Of a stretch of 64,000 bases of DNA, positions 40,106 to 50,679 are shown piece after piece. Below the pieces are notes generated by a model. The model was not told where the DNA came from. It ran no database searches and saw only the letters and a program-made list of their open reading frames with translations. How positions within the stretch are numbered: position 1 is the first letter of the stretch; each line of letters starts with the position of its first letter. The DNA comes from Halorarum halobium (GTDB taxonomy: Archaea > Halobacteriota > Halobacteria > Halobacteriales > Haloferacaceae), in assembly GCF_032116555.1 (NCBI RefSeq), contig NZ_CP134949.1, positions 2,542,001 to 2,606,000 of the forward strand. Direction: 5' to 3'. The position numbers and the translations under genes were made by a program.

Positions 40106-42526
40106 ATGGATCGAGAGACGACGAGGCGGTCCCTCCTCGCCGCGATCGGTGGCGGCGCCGCGGCCGGGGGGTTTCTCGGACCGGTGCGCGGCTATCTCGA
40201 CGGGTTCGCGCCGCTTTCGGGGGACGCGTGGCGTGCCGCCCGCGACGACCCGCCCGAGCGGATCGAGAGTCCCTACGGCCCCGCGGCGCTCCGCTACGAC
40301 GGGGAGGCCGTCCCGCGCGTCGACGCCGACGACGAGCTGGCCGCCTACTTCGCCGTCGGCTACGCGCAGGGGGTGGACCGGCTGTTCCAGATGGACCTCC
40401 AGCGCCGGCAGATGCGCGGGGAGCTCTCGGAGGTCGTCGGCGAGGTGACGCTGGCCTCCGACCGCTTCCACGTCGAGATGGACTTCGCGGCCGCGGCCGC
40501 GGCGACCTGGGACGCCGTCGCCGGGAGCGACGCCGGCGCGGTGACCGAGGCGTTCTGCGAGGGCGTCAATCGCGCAAGGGAGGATCTCCCCCTCCCGCTG
40601 GAGTTCGGGCTGCTCTCGTACGAACCCGACCCCTGGACCCCCGAGGACGTGATGCTCGCCGAGAAACAGATCTCGTGGGGGCTGACCGGGAGCTTCCGCA
40701 CGCTCCGAAAGGAGTCTCTCGCCGCCCGACTGGGGGAGGAACGGGCCGATCAGCTCCTGCCCGACAGGCTGGATCACGACGCCGCGATCCTCGGCCACGG
40801 GGGCGCGACCGACGACTGGGAGCCCGGGTCCGGCGCCCGAATCTCCGAGCAGGTCGGCCGACGGCCCCGCGAAACCGACCCGGCCCTCGAAGCGCGCCTC
40901 GCCGCGTTCGAGCCAGCGCCCTGGATCGGTTCGAACTCGTGGGCCGTCTCCGGCGAGCACACCGACTCCGGCGCGCCCATCCTGGCGAACGACCCGCACC
41001 TGTCGCTCATGGCGCCGCCGATCTGGTACGAGCAGGTCGTGCGGGTCGGCGACCAGACCGTCCGCGGCGTCACGTTCCCGGGCGTCCCCTTCGTCGTCAT
41101 CGGCGAGAACGATGCGGGTGCCTGGGGGTTCACGAACGCCGGCGCGGACGTCATCGACTGCTACGAGTACGAGACGCGGGGCGGCGGGGCCGAGTACCGG
41201 TACGGCGACGAGTGGCGCGAGTTCGACACCCGCGAGCACGTCGTCGGCGTCGCCGGCGGCGAGGACCGAACCGTCACGGTCCGGAAGTCGGTCCACGGCT
41301 CCGTCGTCGGTGCCGAGTCGGACGGCGACGAGTTCCGCTCGGCCGTGGGGATCGCCTGGACCGGGCTCTCGGCGACCCGAACGACCCACGCGATCCGCGA
41401 CATGACCTACAGCGAGGGGATCGACGATTTCGAGGCGGCGGTCGAACGGTTCGACGAGCCGACCCAGAACTGCGTCTACGCGGACCGGGACGGGAACGTC
41501 CTCTACCGGACCATCGGGAAGGTGCCCATCAGGCGAACGGACGGCGACCCCGTGGCCGGGAACCGCGTGTTCGACGGCTCCGCGCGCAAGGGCGAGTGGC
41601 CGGGCTACACGCCGTTCGGCGAGTCGTCCTGGGACGGGTTCATCCCGTTCGAGGAGATGCCACACGACCGGACCCCCGACTACGTCGGGACGGCGAACCA
41701 GCGGATCGTCGACGACGCCGACTACCCCCACTACCTCGCCGAAGCGTACGGCGCGCCGTTCCGCGGTATCCGGCTGTGGGAGCGACTGGACGACCTGGTC
41801 GGCGACGGCGACGTGACGCCCGCGGACATGCGGGAGCTCCAGCGGGACGTGGCCGACACGCGGGCCGACGTCCTGTTGCCACACGTCGAGGCCGCGGCCG
41901 ACTCGCTCTCGGGCGATCCAGCGGACGCGGCCGCGGTGCTGCTCGACTGGGACCGGCGGATGGACCGTGACTCGCGGGCCGCGCTCGTCTTCGAGTTCTT
42001 CTGCCGGGAGTACCGACGGGAGGTCGTCGGAGAGGTGCTCGCGGACGCGATGGGGGCCACGCGCGACCCGACCGAGTACTACCCGAACTACTGGGCGCTC
42101 GCGGCGCTGCCGGAGGCCGATCCCTGGTTCCCGGACGGGCGTGCCGCGACCGTCGAAGCCGCGCTGACCGCCGCCCTCGAGACGCTGGAGTCCGAGGGGT
42201 GGGAGACCTGGGGGGAGTACAATCGCACGGCGATCGACCACCAGTTCGACCGCCCGTGGTTGAACTACCCCCGATATCCGATCGACGGCTCGGAGGCGAC
42301 GCTGTTCAACTTCCGCCGCGAGTCGGGCATCGGCAGCAGCTGGCGACAGGTGTGTCCGATGGACGGCGAGTCGCGCTGCATCCTCCCCGGCGGCAACGCG
42401 GGGTCGGCCTACGACGAGGAGTATCACGGCCAGTTGCGCCGCTGGGCGGACGGCGAGTTCAAGCCGATGGACCGGTCGATCCGCGGCGACGTCGCGGTGC
42501 GGTTCACGGGGGAGACCGATGAGTGA
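40106..42526 (+). CDS. Penicillin acylase family Ntn-hydrolase, Tat-exported
   Basis: TTRRSLL Tat motif, DRLFQMD, GSNSW autocleavage site, ANDPHL. Confidence 0.93.
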   Translation: MDRETTRRSLLAAIGGGAAAGGFLGPVRGYLDGFAPLSGDAWRAARDDPPERIESPYGPAALRYDGEAVPRVDADDELAAYFAVGYAQGVDRLFQMDLQRRQMRGELSEVVGEVTLASDRFHVEMDFAAAAAATWDAVAGSDAGAVTEAFCEGVNRAREDLPLPLEFGLLSYEPDPWTPEDVMLAEKQISWGLTGSFRTLRKESLAARLGEERADQLLPDRLDHDAAILGHGGATDDWEPGSGARISEQVGRRPRETDPALEARLAAFEPAPWIGSNSWAVSGEHTDSGAPILANDPHLSLMAPPIWYEQVVRVGDQTVRGVTFPGVPFVVIGENDAGAWGFTNAGADVIDCYEYETRGGGAEYRYGDEWREFDTREHVVGVAGGEDRTVTVRKSVHGSVVGAESDGDEFRSAVGIAWTGLSATRTTHAIRDMTYSEGIDDFEAAVERFDEPTQNCVYADRDGNVLYRTIGKVPIRRTDGDPVAGNRVFDGSARKGEWPGYTPFGESSWDGFIPFEEMPHDRTPDYVGTANQRIVDDADYPHYLAEAYGAPFRGIRLWERLDDLVGDGDVTPADMRELQRDVADTRADVLLPHVEAAADSLSGDPADAAAVLLDWDRRMDRDSRAALVFEFFCREYRREVVGEVLADAMGATRDPTEYYPNYWALAALPEADPWFPDGRAATVEAALTAALETLESEGWETWGEYNRTAIDHQFDRPWLNYPRYPIDGSEATLFNFRRESGIGSSWRQVCPMDGESRCILPGGNAGSAYDEEYHGQLRRWADGEFKPMDRSIRGDVAVRFTGETDE

Positions 42527-42896
42527 GGACTCGACCGTCGAGGCTCGCGGCGACACGGCCGGCCGAGCCGGGCCCTCGCCGTCGCGCTGGGCGGCGACGC
42601 TGCTGCTCGCGCTCGTCGGCCTCGGACTCGCGTGGTCCCACTGGCTCGGGCTGGTCGCGGGCGCCGCGCTCGTGTCGCTCCCGCAGCGGACGCTCGCACG
42701 CGGCGTGGCCGCCGGGCTGGCGTTCGGCGCGCTGGCCGCGCTCGCCAACGCGTTCGTCGTCGCCAGCGCGGGGCCCGCTGCGCTGGAGACGTATCTGTCG
42801 ATGGGACAGGCGTTCGCGGTGAGCGTCGCCATCCCGCTGGTCGCGGGGCTCGCCGGCGGACTGTTCGGCGGGCTCTCGGCGGGAGTCAGGGGCTAA
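42519..42896 (+). CDS. Small membrane protein coupled to acylase
   Basis: 4 hydrophobic segments; 8-nt overlap with acylase. Confidence 0.75.
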   Translation: MSEDSTVEARGDTAGRAGPSPSRWAATLLLALVGLGLAWSHWLGLVAGAALVSLPQRTLARGVAAGLAFGALAALANAFVVASAGPAALETYLSMGQAFAVSVAIPLVAGLAGGLFGGLSAGVRG

Positions 42897-43115
42897 CTGG
42901 CGGTCGTTGATCGGGTCCGCCGAGGGGGCGACCGCACGACCGCTGGCCCCTCGACGGCGGTGTTCAGGTCACGGCGGGGATGCTCCCGTCATCCGATTTG
43001 AACTCCGGGGCTGGACCAGGACGGGCCGGTTAAGTGGCTCGGACCCCTGAACCGGTACAATGAGAGATCGGGTGTCGAGCACCCCGGGCCGGGTGCTCCG
43101 ACGGGGTGGTCGGTA

Positions 43116-46094
43116 GTGGCGAAAGAGTTCATCGAGGTCACCGGCGCGGAGGAGCACAACCTCAAGGACCTCGACGTGACGATTCCGCGAGAGGAGTTCA
43201 CCGTCGTCACGGGGCTGTCCGGGTCGGGCAAGTCCTCGCTCGCGTTCGAGACGGTGTACGCCGAGGGCCAGCGGCGCTACATCGAGTCGCTGTCGGCGTA
43301 CGCCCGGAACTTCCTCGGGCAGATGGACAAGCCGCAGGTCGAGAGCGTCGAGGGGCTCTCGCCGGCCATCTCCATCGACCAGAAGAACGCCGCGAACAAC
43401 CCCCGCTCGACGGTCGGGACCGTCACCGAACTGCACGACTACCTCCGACTGCTGTACGCGCGCGTCGGCCAGCCGCACTGCCCCGAGTGCGGCCGCGAGG
43501 TCGGCGAGCAGTCCGCCCAGCAGATGGTCCGCCGGGTGTTCGAACTCCCCGAGGGGACGCGGGCGAAGATCGCCGCGCCCGTCGTGCGCGACCAGAAGGG
43601 CGCGTTCGATGACCTGTTCGAGGAGCTGCGCGGGGAGGGGTACGCCCGCGTCGAGGTCGACGGCGAGGAGTTCGACCTCGCTACCGAGACGCCGGATCTG
43701 GACGAGAACTACGACCACACGGTCGACGTGGTCGTCGACCGCGTGAAGGTGCGCGAGGCGGATCGGTCGCGCATCACCGACTCCGTTGAGACCGCGCTCG
43801 AGGAGGCCGACGGCGTGCTCAACGTGATCCTCCCCGACCCGCCCGAGGACGTCGACCTCGGCACCGAGGCGCGCTCGACGGGCGACCTCGCCGGCGAGGA
43901 GGCGGAGCGGCTGGTCGTCGAGTTCTCCGAGGAACTCGCCTGCACGCACTGTGGAATCGACTTCTCGGAGATCGAGACGCGGTCGTTCTCGTTCAACTCT
44001 CCGCACGGGGCCTGCCCGGAGTGTGAGGGGATCGGCTCCACCAAGGAGGTCGACGAGGACCTCGTCGTCCGCGACGAGTCGAAGCCGATCCGCGACGTGT
44101 TCGAGCCGTGGAGCTACAACCGGAACTACTACCGGACCCGGCTGGACAACGTCGCCGAGCACTTCGGCGTGAGCGTCGACGCCGCGTTCGCGGACCTGGA
44201 CGACGCGGTGCAGCGCCAGTTCCTCTACGGCACCGACGAGGAGGTGAACTTCACCCAGCAGACGAAGAACGGCGTCCGCCGCAAGACCCAGCGCTTCGAG
44301 GGCATCATCCCGAACCTGGAGCGTCGCCACGTCGAAACGGACTCCGACCGCACGCGCGAGCACATCGAGGAGTTCATGGCCGTCACCGAGTGCCCGGCGT
44401 GTGAGGGAACCCGCCTGAAGCCCCAGTCACGCTCGGTGTACGTCGCGGAGACCGGCATCGCCGAGGTGAACCGGATGTCGATCGGCGACGCGCTCTCGCA
44501 CTTCGAGGGGATGGAGGCGACGCTCACCGAGCGCGAGCGCACCATCGCCGAGGAGATCCTGAAGGAGATCCGCGCGCGCCTGGGCTTCATGGAGGAGGTC
44601 GGGCTGGAGTACCTCACGCTCGACCGCGAGGCCTCGACGCTTTCGGGCGGCGAGAGCCAGCGCATCAGGCTCGCCACGCAGGTCGGATCGGGGCTCGTCG
44701 GCGTGCTGTACGTGCTCGACGAGCCGTCCATCGGCCTCCACCAGCGCGACAACGACCGCCTGCTCAACACCCTCGAGGGGCTCCGCGACCTGGGGAACAC
44801 GCTCATCGTCGTCGAACACGACGAGGCGACGATGCGCCGGGCCGACGAGATCATCGACATGGGTCCCGGCCCGGGCAAGCACGGCGGCGAGGTCGTCGCG
44901 CAGGGCGACTTCGACGACATCGTGGCGTCCGAGGAGTCGGTCACGGGCGACTACCTCGCCGGCCGGAAGGACGTCGAGGTGCCCGCCGAGCGTCGCGAGA
45001 GCGACGCCGCGCTGACGATCCGGGGCGCGCGCCAGCACAACCTCAAGGACGTCGACGTGGACGTTCCCATCGGCCAGTTCACCGCCATCACGGGCGTCTC
45101 CGGGTCGGGCAAGTCCACCCTGATGCACGACGTGCTGTACAAGGGGCTCGCCCGGACGATGAACGACAACACCGAAGTCGACCCCGGCGAGCACGACGCC
45201 ATCGAGGGCACCGAGCACGTCGAGGGCGTCCGGCTCATCGACCAGTCGCCAATCGGCCGCACGCCGCGCTCGAACCCCGCGACGTACACCGACGTGTTCG
45301 ACTACGTCCGTGAGCTGTTCGCCGACACGAAGCTGTCGAACCAGCGCGGCTACGAGAAGGGCCGCTTCTCGTTCAACGTGAAGGGCGGCCGCTGTGAGGA
45401 GTGTGGCGGCCAGGGCACCGTGAAGATCGAGATGAACTTCCTCTCGGACGTGTACGTCCCCTGCGAGGAGTGTGGCGGCGCGCGCTACAACGACGAGACG
45501 CTCGACGTGACGTACAAGGACGCGACCATCTCGGACGTGCTCGACATGACCGTCGAGGAGGCGTACGACTTCTTCGAGTCCCACACCGGCCTCCGCCGCC
45601 GGCTCGGCCTCCTGAAGGACGTCGGCCTCGACTACATGCGGCTCGGCCAGCCATCGACGACGCTTTCGGGCGGGGAGGCCCAGCGCATCAAGCTCGCCGA
45701 GGAACTCGGCAAGAAGGACTCGGGCGACACGCTGTACCTGCTCGACGAGCCGACGACCGGCCTCCACAAGGAGGACGAGCGGAAGCTCATCGACGTGCTC
45801 CACCGCCTCGCGGACAAGGGCAACACGGTCGTCGTCATCGAGCACGAACTCGACCTCGTGAAGAACGCCGACAACGTCCTCGACCTGGGCCCCGAGGGCG
45901 GCGAGGGCGGCGGCGAGGTCGTCGCCACCGGTACCCCGGAGGAAGTCGCACGGACGGAGGGCTCCTACACCGGGGAGTACCTTCGCGACTACCTCCCGGA
46001 CGTCGACATGGAGGGGCCGCGCGCCGACCGTCGGCTCCCCGCCCAGGAGGACGAGACGGAGGACGCCGAGGCCACGGCCGCGACCGACGACTGA
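43116..46094 (+). CDS. uvrA: Excinuclease ABC subunit A
   Basis: Two GxSGSGKS Walker A, LSGGE signatures, CxxC zinc sites. Confidence 0.98.
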   Translation: MAKEFIEVTGAEEHNLKDLDVTIPREEFTVVTGLSGSGKSSLAFETVYAEGQRRYIESLSAYARNFLGQMDKPQVESVEGLSPAISIDQKNAANNPRSTVGTVTELHDYLRLLYARVGQPHCPECGREVGEQSAQQMVRRVFELPEGTRAKIAAPVVRDQKGAFDDLFEELRGEGYARVEVDGEEFDLATETPDLDENYDHTVDVVVDRVKVREADRSRITDSVETALEEADGVLNVILPDPPEDVDLGTEARSTGDLAGEEAERLVVEFSEELACTHCGIDFSEIETRSFSFNSPHGACPECEGIGSTKEVDEDLVVRDESKPIRDVFEPWSYNRNYYRTRLDNVAEHFGVSVDAAFADLDDAVQRQFLYGTDEEVNFTQQTKNGVRRKTQRFEGIIPNLERRHVETDSDRTREHIEEFMAVTECPACEGTRLKPQSRSVYVAETGIAEVNRMSIGDALSHFEGMEATLTERERTIAEEILKEIRARLGFMEEVGLEYLTLDREASTLSGGESQRIRLATQVGSGLVGVLYVLDEPSIGLHQRDNDRLLNTLEGLRDLGNTLIVVEHDEATMRRADEIIDMGPGPGKHGGEVVAQGDFDDIVASEESVTGDYLAGRKDVEVPAERRESDAALTIRGARQHNLKDVDVDVPIGQFTAITGVSGSGKSTLMHDVLYKGLARTMNDNTEVDPGEHDAIEGTEHVEGVRLIDQSPIGRTPRSNPATYTDVFDYVRELFADTKLSNQRGYEKGRFSFNVKGGRCEECGGQGTVKIEMNFLSDVYVPCEECGGARYNDETLDVTYKDATISDVLDMTVEEAYDFFESHTGLRRRLGLLKDVGLDYMRLGQPSTTLSGGEAQRIKLAEELGKKDSGDTLYLLDEPTTGLHKEDERKLIDVLHRLADKGNTVVVIEHELDLVKNADNVLDLGPEGGEGGGEVVATGTPEEVARTEGSYTGEYLRDYLPDVDMEGPRADRRLPAQEDETEDAEATAATDD

Positions 46095-46130
46095 CAAGGG
46101 TTTTCCGCTCGCGTTTCCATCCCCATCCGG

Positions 46131-46517
46131 ATGCCCTCCCGACGCCCCGGCGACCTGGCGTTCGCGTTCGTCGGCTGGTACCTGCTCGCGTTCGCTCCGG
46201 TCGTCGAGGTCGGCGAACTGCTCACGTCCGACCTCGTCGTCGGCGACACGACGTTCCTCGTCGTGGCGGTCGTCGCGCTCCCGCTCGCCGTCGGCCACTG
46301 GCTCGACCGCCGGTCGGTCGGCCCGCTCGGCGCGATGTTCTTCTGGACGCTCGCGTTCGGCGTCGTCGTCGGCCTCCCGCTCGCGTACCTTCTGGACGAG
46401 TTCGGCGTCGCCGGCGGCCTCGGCGAAGCGGGTGCGAGACTGCTGTTCCTCGCGGTCGTGTACGGCGCCGCCTACGCCGTCGGCGTCCGTCGCCGTGCCG
46501 ACGCGAGACTTTTGTGA
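46131..46517 (+). CDS. Hypothetical membrane protein
   Basis: 4 TM segments. Confidence 0.7.
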   Translation: MPSRRPGDLAFAFVGWYLLAFAPVVEVGELLTSDLVVGDTTFLVVAVVALPLAVGHWLDRRSVGPLGAMFFWTLAFGVVVGLPLAYLLDEFGVAGGLGEAGARLLFLAVVYGAAYAVGVRRRADARLL

Positions 46518-46538
46518 TTCTGCGTCGCATACTCGCGT

Positions 46539-47558
46539 ATGAGCACGGCTTACGCCGCCATGCGCGACCGGTTCCTCGCGGTCGACCTCGACACCGGATC
46601 GGTCCCGACGACGTCGCTCGACGGACGGTCGCTGGAATGTGTCGCCGTCCACCCGGCGTCCCCCGAGCGCGTCTTCGTCGGCACGTTCGAGTCCGGCCTC
46701 CACCGCTCGACCGACGGCGGCGAGTCGTTCGAGCGCGTCGACGACGTCCCTCACGACGCCGTGATGTCAGCGGCCGTCTCGCCACACGACACCGACGTGG
46801 TCTGGGCGGGCACCGAGCCGTCCCGGGTGTACCGATCGACCGACGGCGGCGGCTCGTGGGAGCACCTGGACGGCCTCGTCGACCTCCCATCGAGCGGGAG
46901 CTGGTCGTTCCCGCCGCGGCCCCAGACCCACCACGTCCGGTGGCTCGAACCGGACCCCGCCGACCCGGACCACTGGTACGTCGCCATCGAGGCCGGCGCG
47001 CTCGTCCAGACCCACGACAGGGGCGCGACGTGGGAGGACAGAGTCCCCGATTCCCGGGTCGACAACCACACGCTGGCGACGCATCCGGACGCGCCCGGCC
47101 GGGCCTGGGTCGCGGCGGGCGACGGCTACGCCGAGACCGACGACGCCGGGGAGACGTGGCGGCACCCCCAGACCGGGCTCGACCGGACGTACTGCTGGAG
47201 CGTCGCCGTCGACGCCGGCGGCGACCGCGACCACGAACTCGTGCTCGTCTCCGCTGCGCGCGGCGCGTACGAGGCACACACGGCCTCACGGGCGGAGACG
47301 TACGTTTACCGCCGCGAGGGGGACGCCGACTGGGAGCGACTCGACGGCCGTGGCCTCCCGCTCGGCGAGGGCGTCACCCGACCGGTGCTCGCGCGTGGCC
47401 CCGCCGGCGGGTCCGACGAACGAGGCGAGTTCTACGCGCTCTCGAACCGCGGACTGTTCCGCACGGTCGACGCCGGCGACTCCTGGACCGCGGTGAAGAC
47501 CGACTGGTCGGACCGCTTTGCCGACCAGACGGCCCGCGGACTCGCGGTCGTCCCGTAA
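46539..47558 (+). CDS. BNR/Asp-box beta-propeller protein
   Basis: Repeated RSTDGG.SW / T.D.G.TW Asp-boxes. Confidence 0.88.
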   Translation: MSTAYAAMRDRFLAVDLDTGSVPTTSLDGRSLECVAVHPASPERVFVGTFESGLHRSTDGGESFERVDDVPHDAVMSAAVSPHDTDVVWAGTEPSRVYRSTDGGGSWEHLDGLVDLPSSGSWSFPPRPQTHHVRWLEPDPADPDHWYVAIEAGALVQTHDRGATWEDRVPDSRVDNHTLATHPDAPGRAWVAAGDGYAETDDAGETWRHPQTGLDRTYCWSVAVDAGGDRDHELVLVSAARGAYEAHTASRAETYVYRREGDADWERLDGRGLPLGEGVTRPVLARGPAGGSDERGEFYALSNRGLFRTVDAGDSWTAVKTDWSDRFADQTARGLAVVP

Positions 47559-47780
47559 TTCGCGGGCACCCCGTCTCGCCGTCGTCCCGTAGGTTCAAGT
47601 CCGAAACCGGAACCAGCACCCCCGATGACGTAGCGAGTCGCCGGGCGGAGCGCCGCGGGTGTGCGACGCACCTCCGCCCGGATCCGTCGTATCACCGTCC
47701 CGACCATCCCGTCAGGACGTGCACGTCGCCTGTCAACTTCAAACCACGAGACATATCTTCCCCCGTGCGTACTCGGACCC

Positions 47781-48860
47781 ATGTACGATTTCGTCGTGGT
47801 CGGCGTCGGCCCGGCGGGGGCGCGCTTCGCCCGACGCGCCGCCGAGTCGCGGTACGACGTGCTCGCGCTGGAGAAGGGCGAGGTGGGGACGCCGCTCGCC
47901 TGTTCTGGCCACGTCTCCACGGACCTCTGGGACTACGTCCCCGATTCGGCGCGCGAGGACCTGTTCCAGAACCGCGTGTACGGCGCGGAGTTCCACGTCG
48001 GCGGCCCCGACGAGGACGGCTACCGCTTCTACAAGAACGAGGCGGTCTCGAACGTCATCGACCGCGTCCGGCTGGACGAGACGCTCGCCGAAGCCGCCCG
48101 CGAGGCCGGCGCGGACGTGCGCGAAGGCCACACCGTCACGAGTGTCGAGGAGCGCGCGGGCCACGTCGCCGTCACCGCCAGCGTCGGCGGCGCGGAACGC
48201 ACCTTCGAGGGGCGGATGGTCGTCGGCGCCGACGGCCCCGTCTCGCGCGTTCGCCGGGGGCTTGGGCTCCCGGAACCCGACGAGACGCTCCACGGCGTGC
48301 TCGCGTTCGACGAGACGCCGGACGACGGCGACTACGTCTCCGTCCACCTCACCGCGCCGCGCTTTTTCGCCTGGCGCATCCCCCGCGGCGACGCGGGCGT
48401 CGAGTACGGCCTCGCCGCGCCGCCGGGCCACGAGGTGAACGACCTGTTCGAGGAACTCACCGACGCCTACGACGTGGAGACGGACCACTTCTGCTCGGGC
48501 GCGATTCCCATCGGTCCGCCCGAGCGGACGACGGCAAAGCGTGGCTTCCTGCTGGGCGACGCCGCGGCCCAGACGAAGCCGTTCACCGGCGGCGGCATCC
48601 TCTACGGGATGCGCGCGGCCGACGTGGCGGCCGACGTCGTCGACCCGGAGGACCCGACGACGCTCCCGCGCTACGAGGCGGCCTGGCGCGAGGAACTGGA
48701 ACGCGAGATACGGTTCGGCCACTGGATCCGGCGGGCGTACTCGCTCCCGGAGCCGGTTCAGCGGGCCGGGCTGTGGGCGCTCTCGGGCGAGATCGGCGTC
48801 CACATGGACGAGCCGAGTTCGTTCTTCTCGCGTAAGCATCTGCGGAAGCTGTTCTCCTGA
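47781..48860 (+). CDS. Geranylgeranyl reductase family FAD oxidoreductase
   Basis: GVGPAG, ACSG, GADG, GDAAAQTKPFTGGGI. Confidence 0.9.
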   Translation: MYDFVVVGVGPAGARFARRAAESRYDVLALEKGEVGTPLACSGHVSTDLWDYVPDSAREDLFQNRVYGAEFHVGGPDEDGYRFYKNEAVSNVIDRVRLDETLAEAAREAGADVREGHTVTSVEERAGHVAVTASVGGAERTFEGRMVVGADGPVSRVRRGLGLPEPDETLHGVLAFDETPDDGDYVSVHLTAPRFFAWRIPRGDAGVEYGLAAPPGHEVNDLFEELTDAYDVETDHFCSGAIPIGPPERTTAKRGFLLGDAAAQTKPFTGGGILYGMRAADVAADVVDPEDPTTLPRYEAAWREELEREIRFGHWIRRAYSLPEPVQRAGLWALSGEIGVHMDEPSSFFSRKHLRKLFS

Positions 48861-48926
48861 ATTAGCTCGTGGCCCGGTACGGTCACACCCTGATGGGTTT
48901 GGGATGACGGCCATCAACCAGCGGTT

Positions 48927-49045
48927 GGAAGCCCCCGCTCGCTGACCGGCCGCGCCTCGCTGCGCGCTTCGCGCTCACTTCGTTCGCGCTCCAGTGCTTG
49001 CGTCGTCGGGGCTCGGTCAGCGAGCGGCCCCTTCCAGTCCCACCC
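48927..49045. repeat. Palindromic REP/MITE-like element (copy C)
   Basis: Perfect 14-bp stem 48935-48948 / 49014-49027 enclosing gcgctcacttcgttcgcgc; ends ggaagccccc...cccttccagtcccaccc. Confidence 0.7.
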
Positions 49046-49100
49046 GGACCGTAAGCGAAGGCGACGCGTCCCGTCGGAAAAGTGGCCCCGTCGCCGTCGG

Positions 49101-50204
49101 TCACTCGGGGTACGTCGGGAGGCGGGCCGAGGACGCGCCGCCTTCGACGAAGGGGAGGGCGACGCGCTCGACGGGGACGTCCTCGCCGTCGATGCGGACG
49201 GACAGGTCCACGGCGTCGGTGCCGAAGTCGACGAACGCGAGGGCGGCGGGCGCGTCGAGCGTCGGCGACTCGGCGGCGCGGGTCACCTCGCCGACCGCGC
49301 CGTCACCGTCGAAGACTGCTGCCCCCGGGTCGGGGAGTTCCTCCGGTCGGAGGCCGACGAGTCGCCGGCTCGGCCGGCCGCGGTTCTCCACCTTCGAGAC
49401 GACCTCCTGGCCGACGAAACAGCCCTTCTCGAAGTCCACCGCGTTGCGGAGGCCGACGACGTTCGGCAGGCGACCCCGGAGCTCCGGCTCGAACCGGGGC
49501 GTCCCGGCCTCCAGGGTGAGCGCGTCCCACGTCTCGTAGCCGAACGGCGCCGAGTTCAGCCCGCGGGTGAGCAGCGTGTCGAACACGTCCGGCGCGTCCG
49601 CTGCCGCACAGATGACCTCGTACCCTTCCTCGCCCAGCGGCGCGTCGGTCGCCACGACCGTGACGCCGATGTCGTCCTCGGGGCCGCCGTCGACCCGCCC
49701 ACGGACGAACGAGAGCTCCGGTTCGGGCGCGCCGGCGCCGTTGAGCACGGAAGCGATCTTCTCGGTCGCCGTGGGACCGTGGACGCCGAACACACCGAAC
49801 TCGTCGCTCGCGTCCCGTAGCTCCACGTCGTCGATGAACACCTTCTCGGACCAGTCCGCGACGAGCGGCTCCGCGCGGTCCGGCGGCGTGAACAACAGCA
49901 GGCGTTCGCCCGCGTTGTACACGTACATGTCCGTCTCGACGGCCCCCTGCGGGTCGAGCAGCAGCGCGTATGTCCCCTCGCCGTCCGCTCCGGGAATCCG
50001 GTTCGAGACGGCGTTGTCGACGAACTCGACCCGGTCCTCGCCCTCGACGACGACAACGCCGTACCCCATCTCGATGGTTCCGACGCCGTTTCGTATCGCA
50101 CGGGCGGCGCTCTCGGGCCGGCCGTAGTTGGCGACGACCTCCCGACCGCCGCGCTCCTCGAACGCCGCGCCGTGGTCCTCGTGGAGGTCTGCGACGAGAC
50201 TCAT
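49101..50204 (-). CDS. YgfZ/GcvT-like folate-binding aminomethyltransferase family protein
   Basis: KGCFVGQE YgfZ signature. Confidence 0.9.
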   Translation of the reverse strand: MSLVADLHEDHGAAFEERGGREVVANYGRPESAARAIRNGVGTIEMGYGVVVVEGEDRVEFVDNAVSNRIPGADGEGTYALLLDPQGAVETDMYVYNAGERLLLFTPPDRAEPLVADWSEKVFIDDVELRDASDEFGVFGVHGPTATEKIASVLNGAGAPEPELSFVRGRVDGGPEDDIGVTVVATDAPLGEEGYEVICAAADAPDVFDTLLTRGLNSAPFGYETWDALTLEAGTPRFEPELRGRLPNVVGLRNAVDFEKGCFVGQEVVSKVENRGRPSRRLVGLRPEELPDPGAAVFDGDGAVGEVTRAAESPTLDAPAALAFVDFGTDAVDLSVRIDGEDVPVERVALPFVEGGASSARLPTYPE

Positions 50205-50274
50205 TGCCGGGGATAGGGCCCCCGGGGCAAAAGGACCGCCGTTCGACGGCGACGACGACGTCGCGACCGGCCGG

Positions 50275-50574
50275 TCACAGGCCGAAGCGATCGCGGATGG
50301 CGTCGAGGATGCTTCCGTCCTCCTCGGGAGCCTCGCCGGGGTCCGGGACGACCCGGTTCTCCGGGAAGATGCGGATGCGGTCGCCGTCGTCGTCCACCTC
50401 GATGAGTCCGTCCTCCTTCAGTCTCGCGAGCGCCTCCTCGAGTTCGTCGATTCCGGCGTCGACGCCCGAGCGGAGTTCGAGGACCGTCATCCCGTCCTCC
50501 CGTCGCCCCACGAGGGCGTCCAGCACCGCGACGTCCACGTCCGCCCTGTCGCGGAACTCCGGCCGCGCCTTCAT
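50275..50574 (-). CDS. Small winged-helix-like conserved protein
   Basis: MKARPEFRDR...GMTVLELRS...LEEALARLKEDGLIEV. Confidence 0.8.
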   Translation of the reverse strand: MKARPEFRDRADVDVAVLDALVGRREDGMTVLELRSGVDAGIDELEEALARLKEDGLIEVDDDGDRIRIFPENRVVPDPGEAPEEDGSILDAIRDRFGL

Positions 50575-50679
50575 GGGCCGACGTTCAGCGGGCGGCGGTT
50601 TACGTGTACCGGCGGCCCGTATGTCGGGCGTCAGACGCTGAGGGAACCCTTTTGTCCACGAAGCCGGTGGTGGTCGGTA

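Noticed and set aside
45401..48835. 1144-aa ORF and the many other long Arg/Gly/Pro-rich ORFs in the track
   Set aside because: Shadow frames of high-GC coding DNA that overlap well-supported genes and have non-halophilic composition
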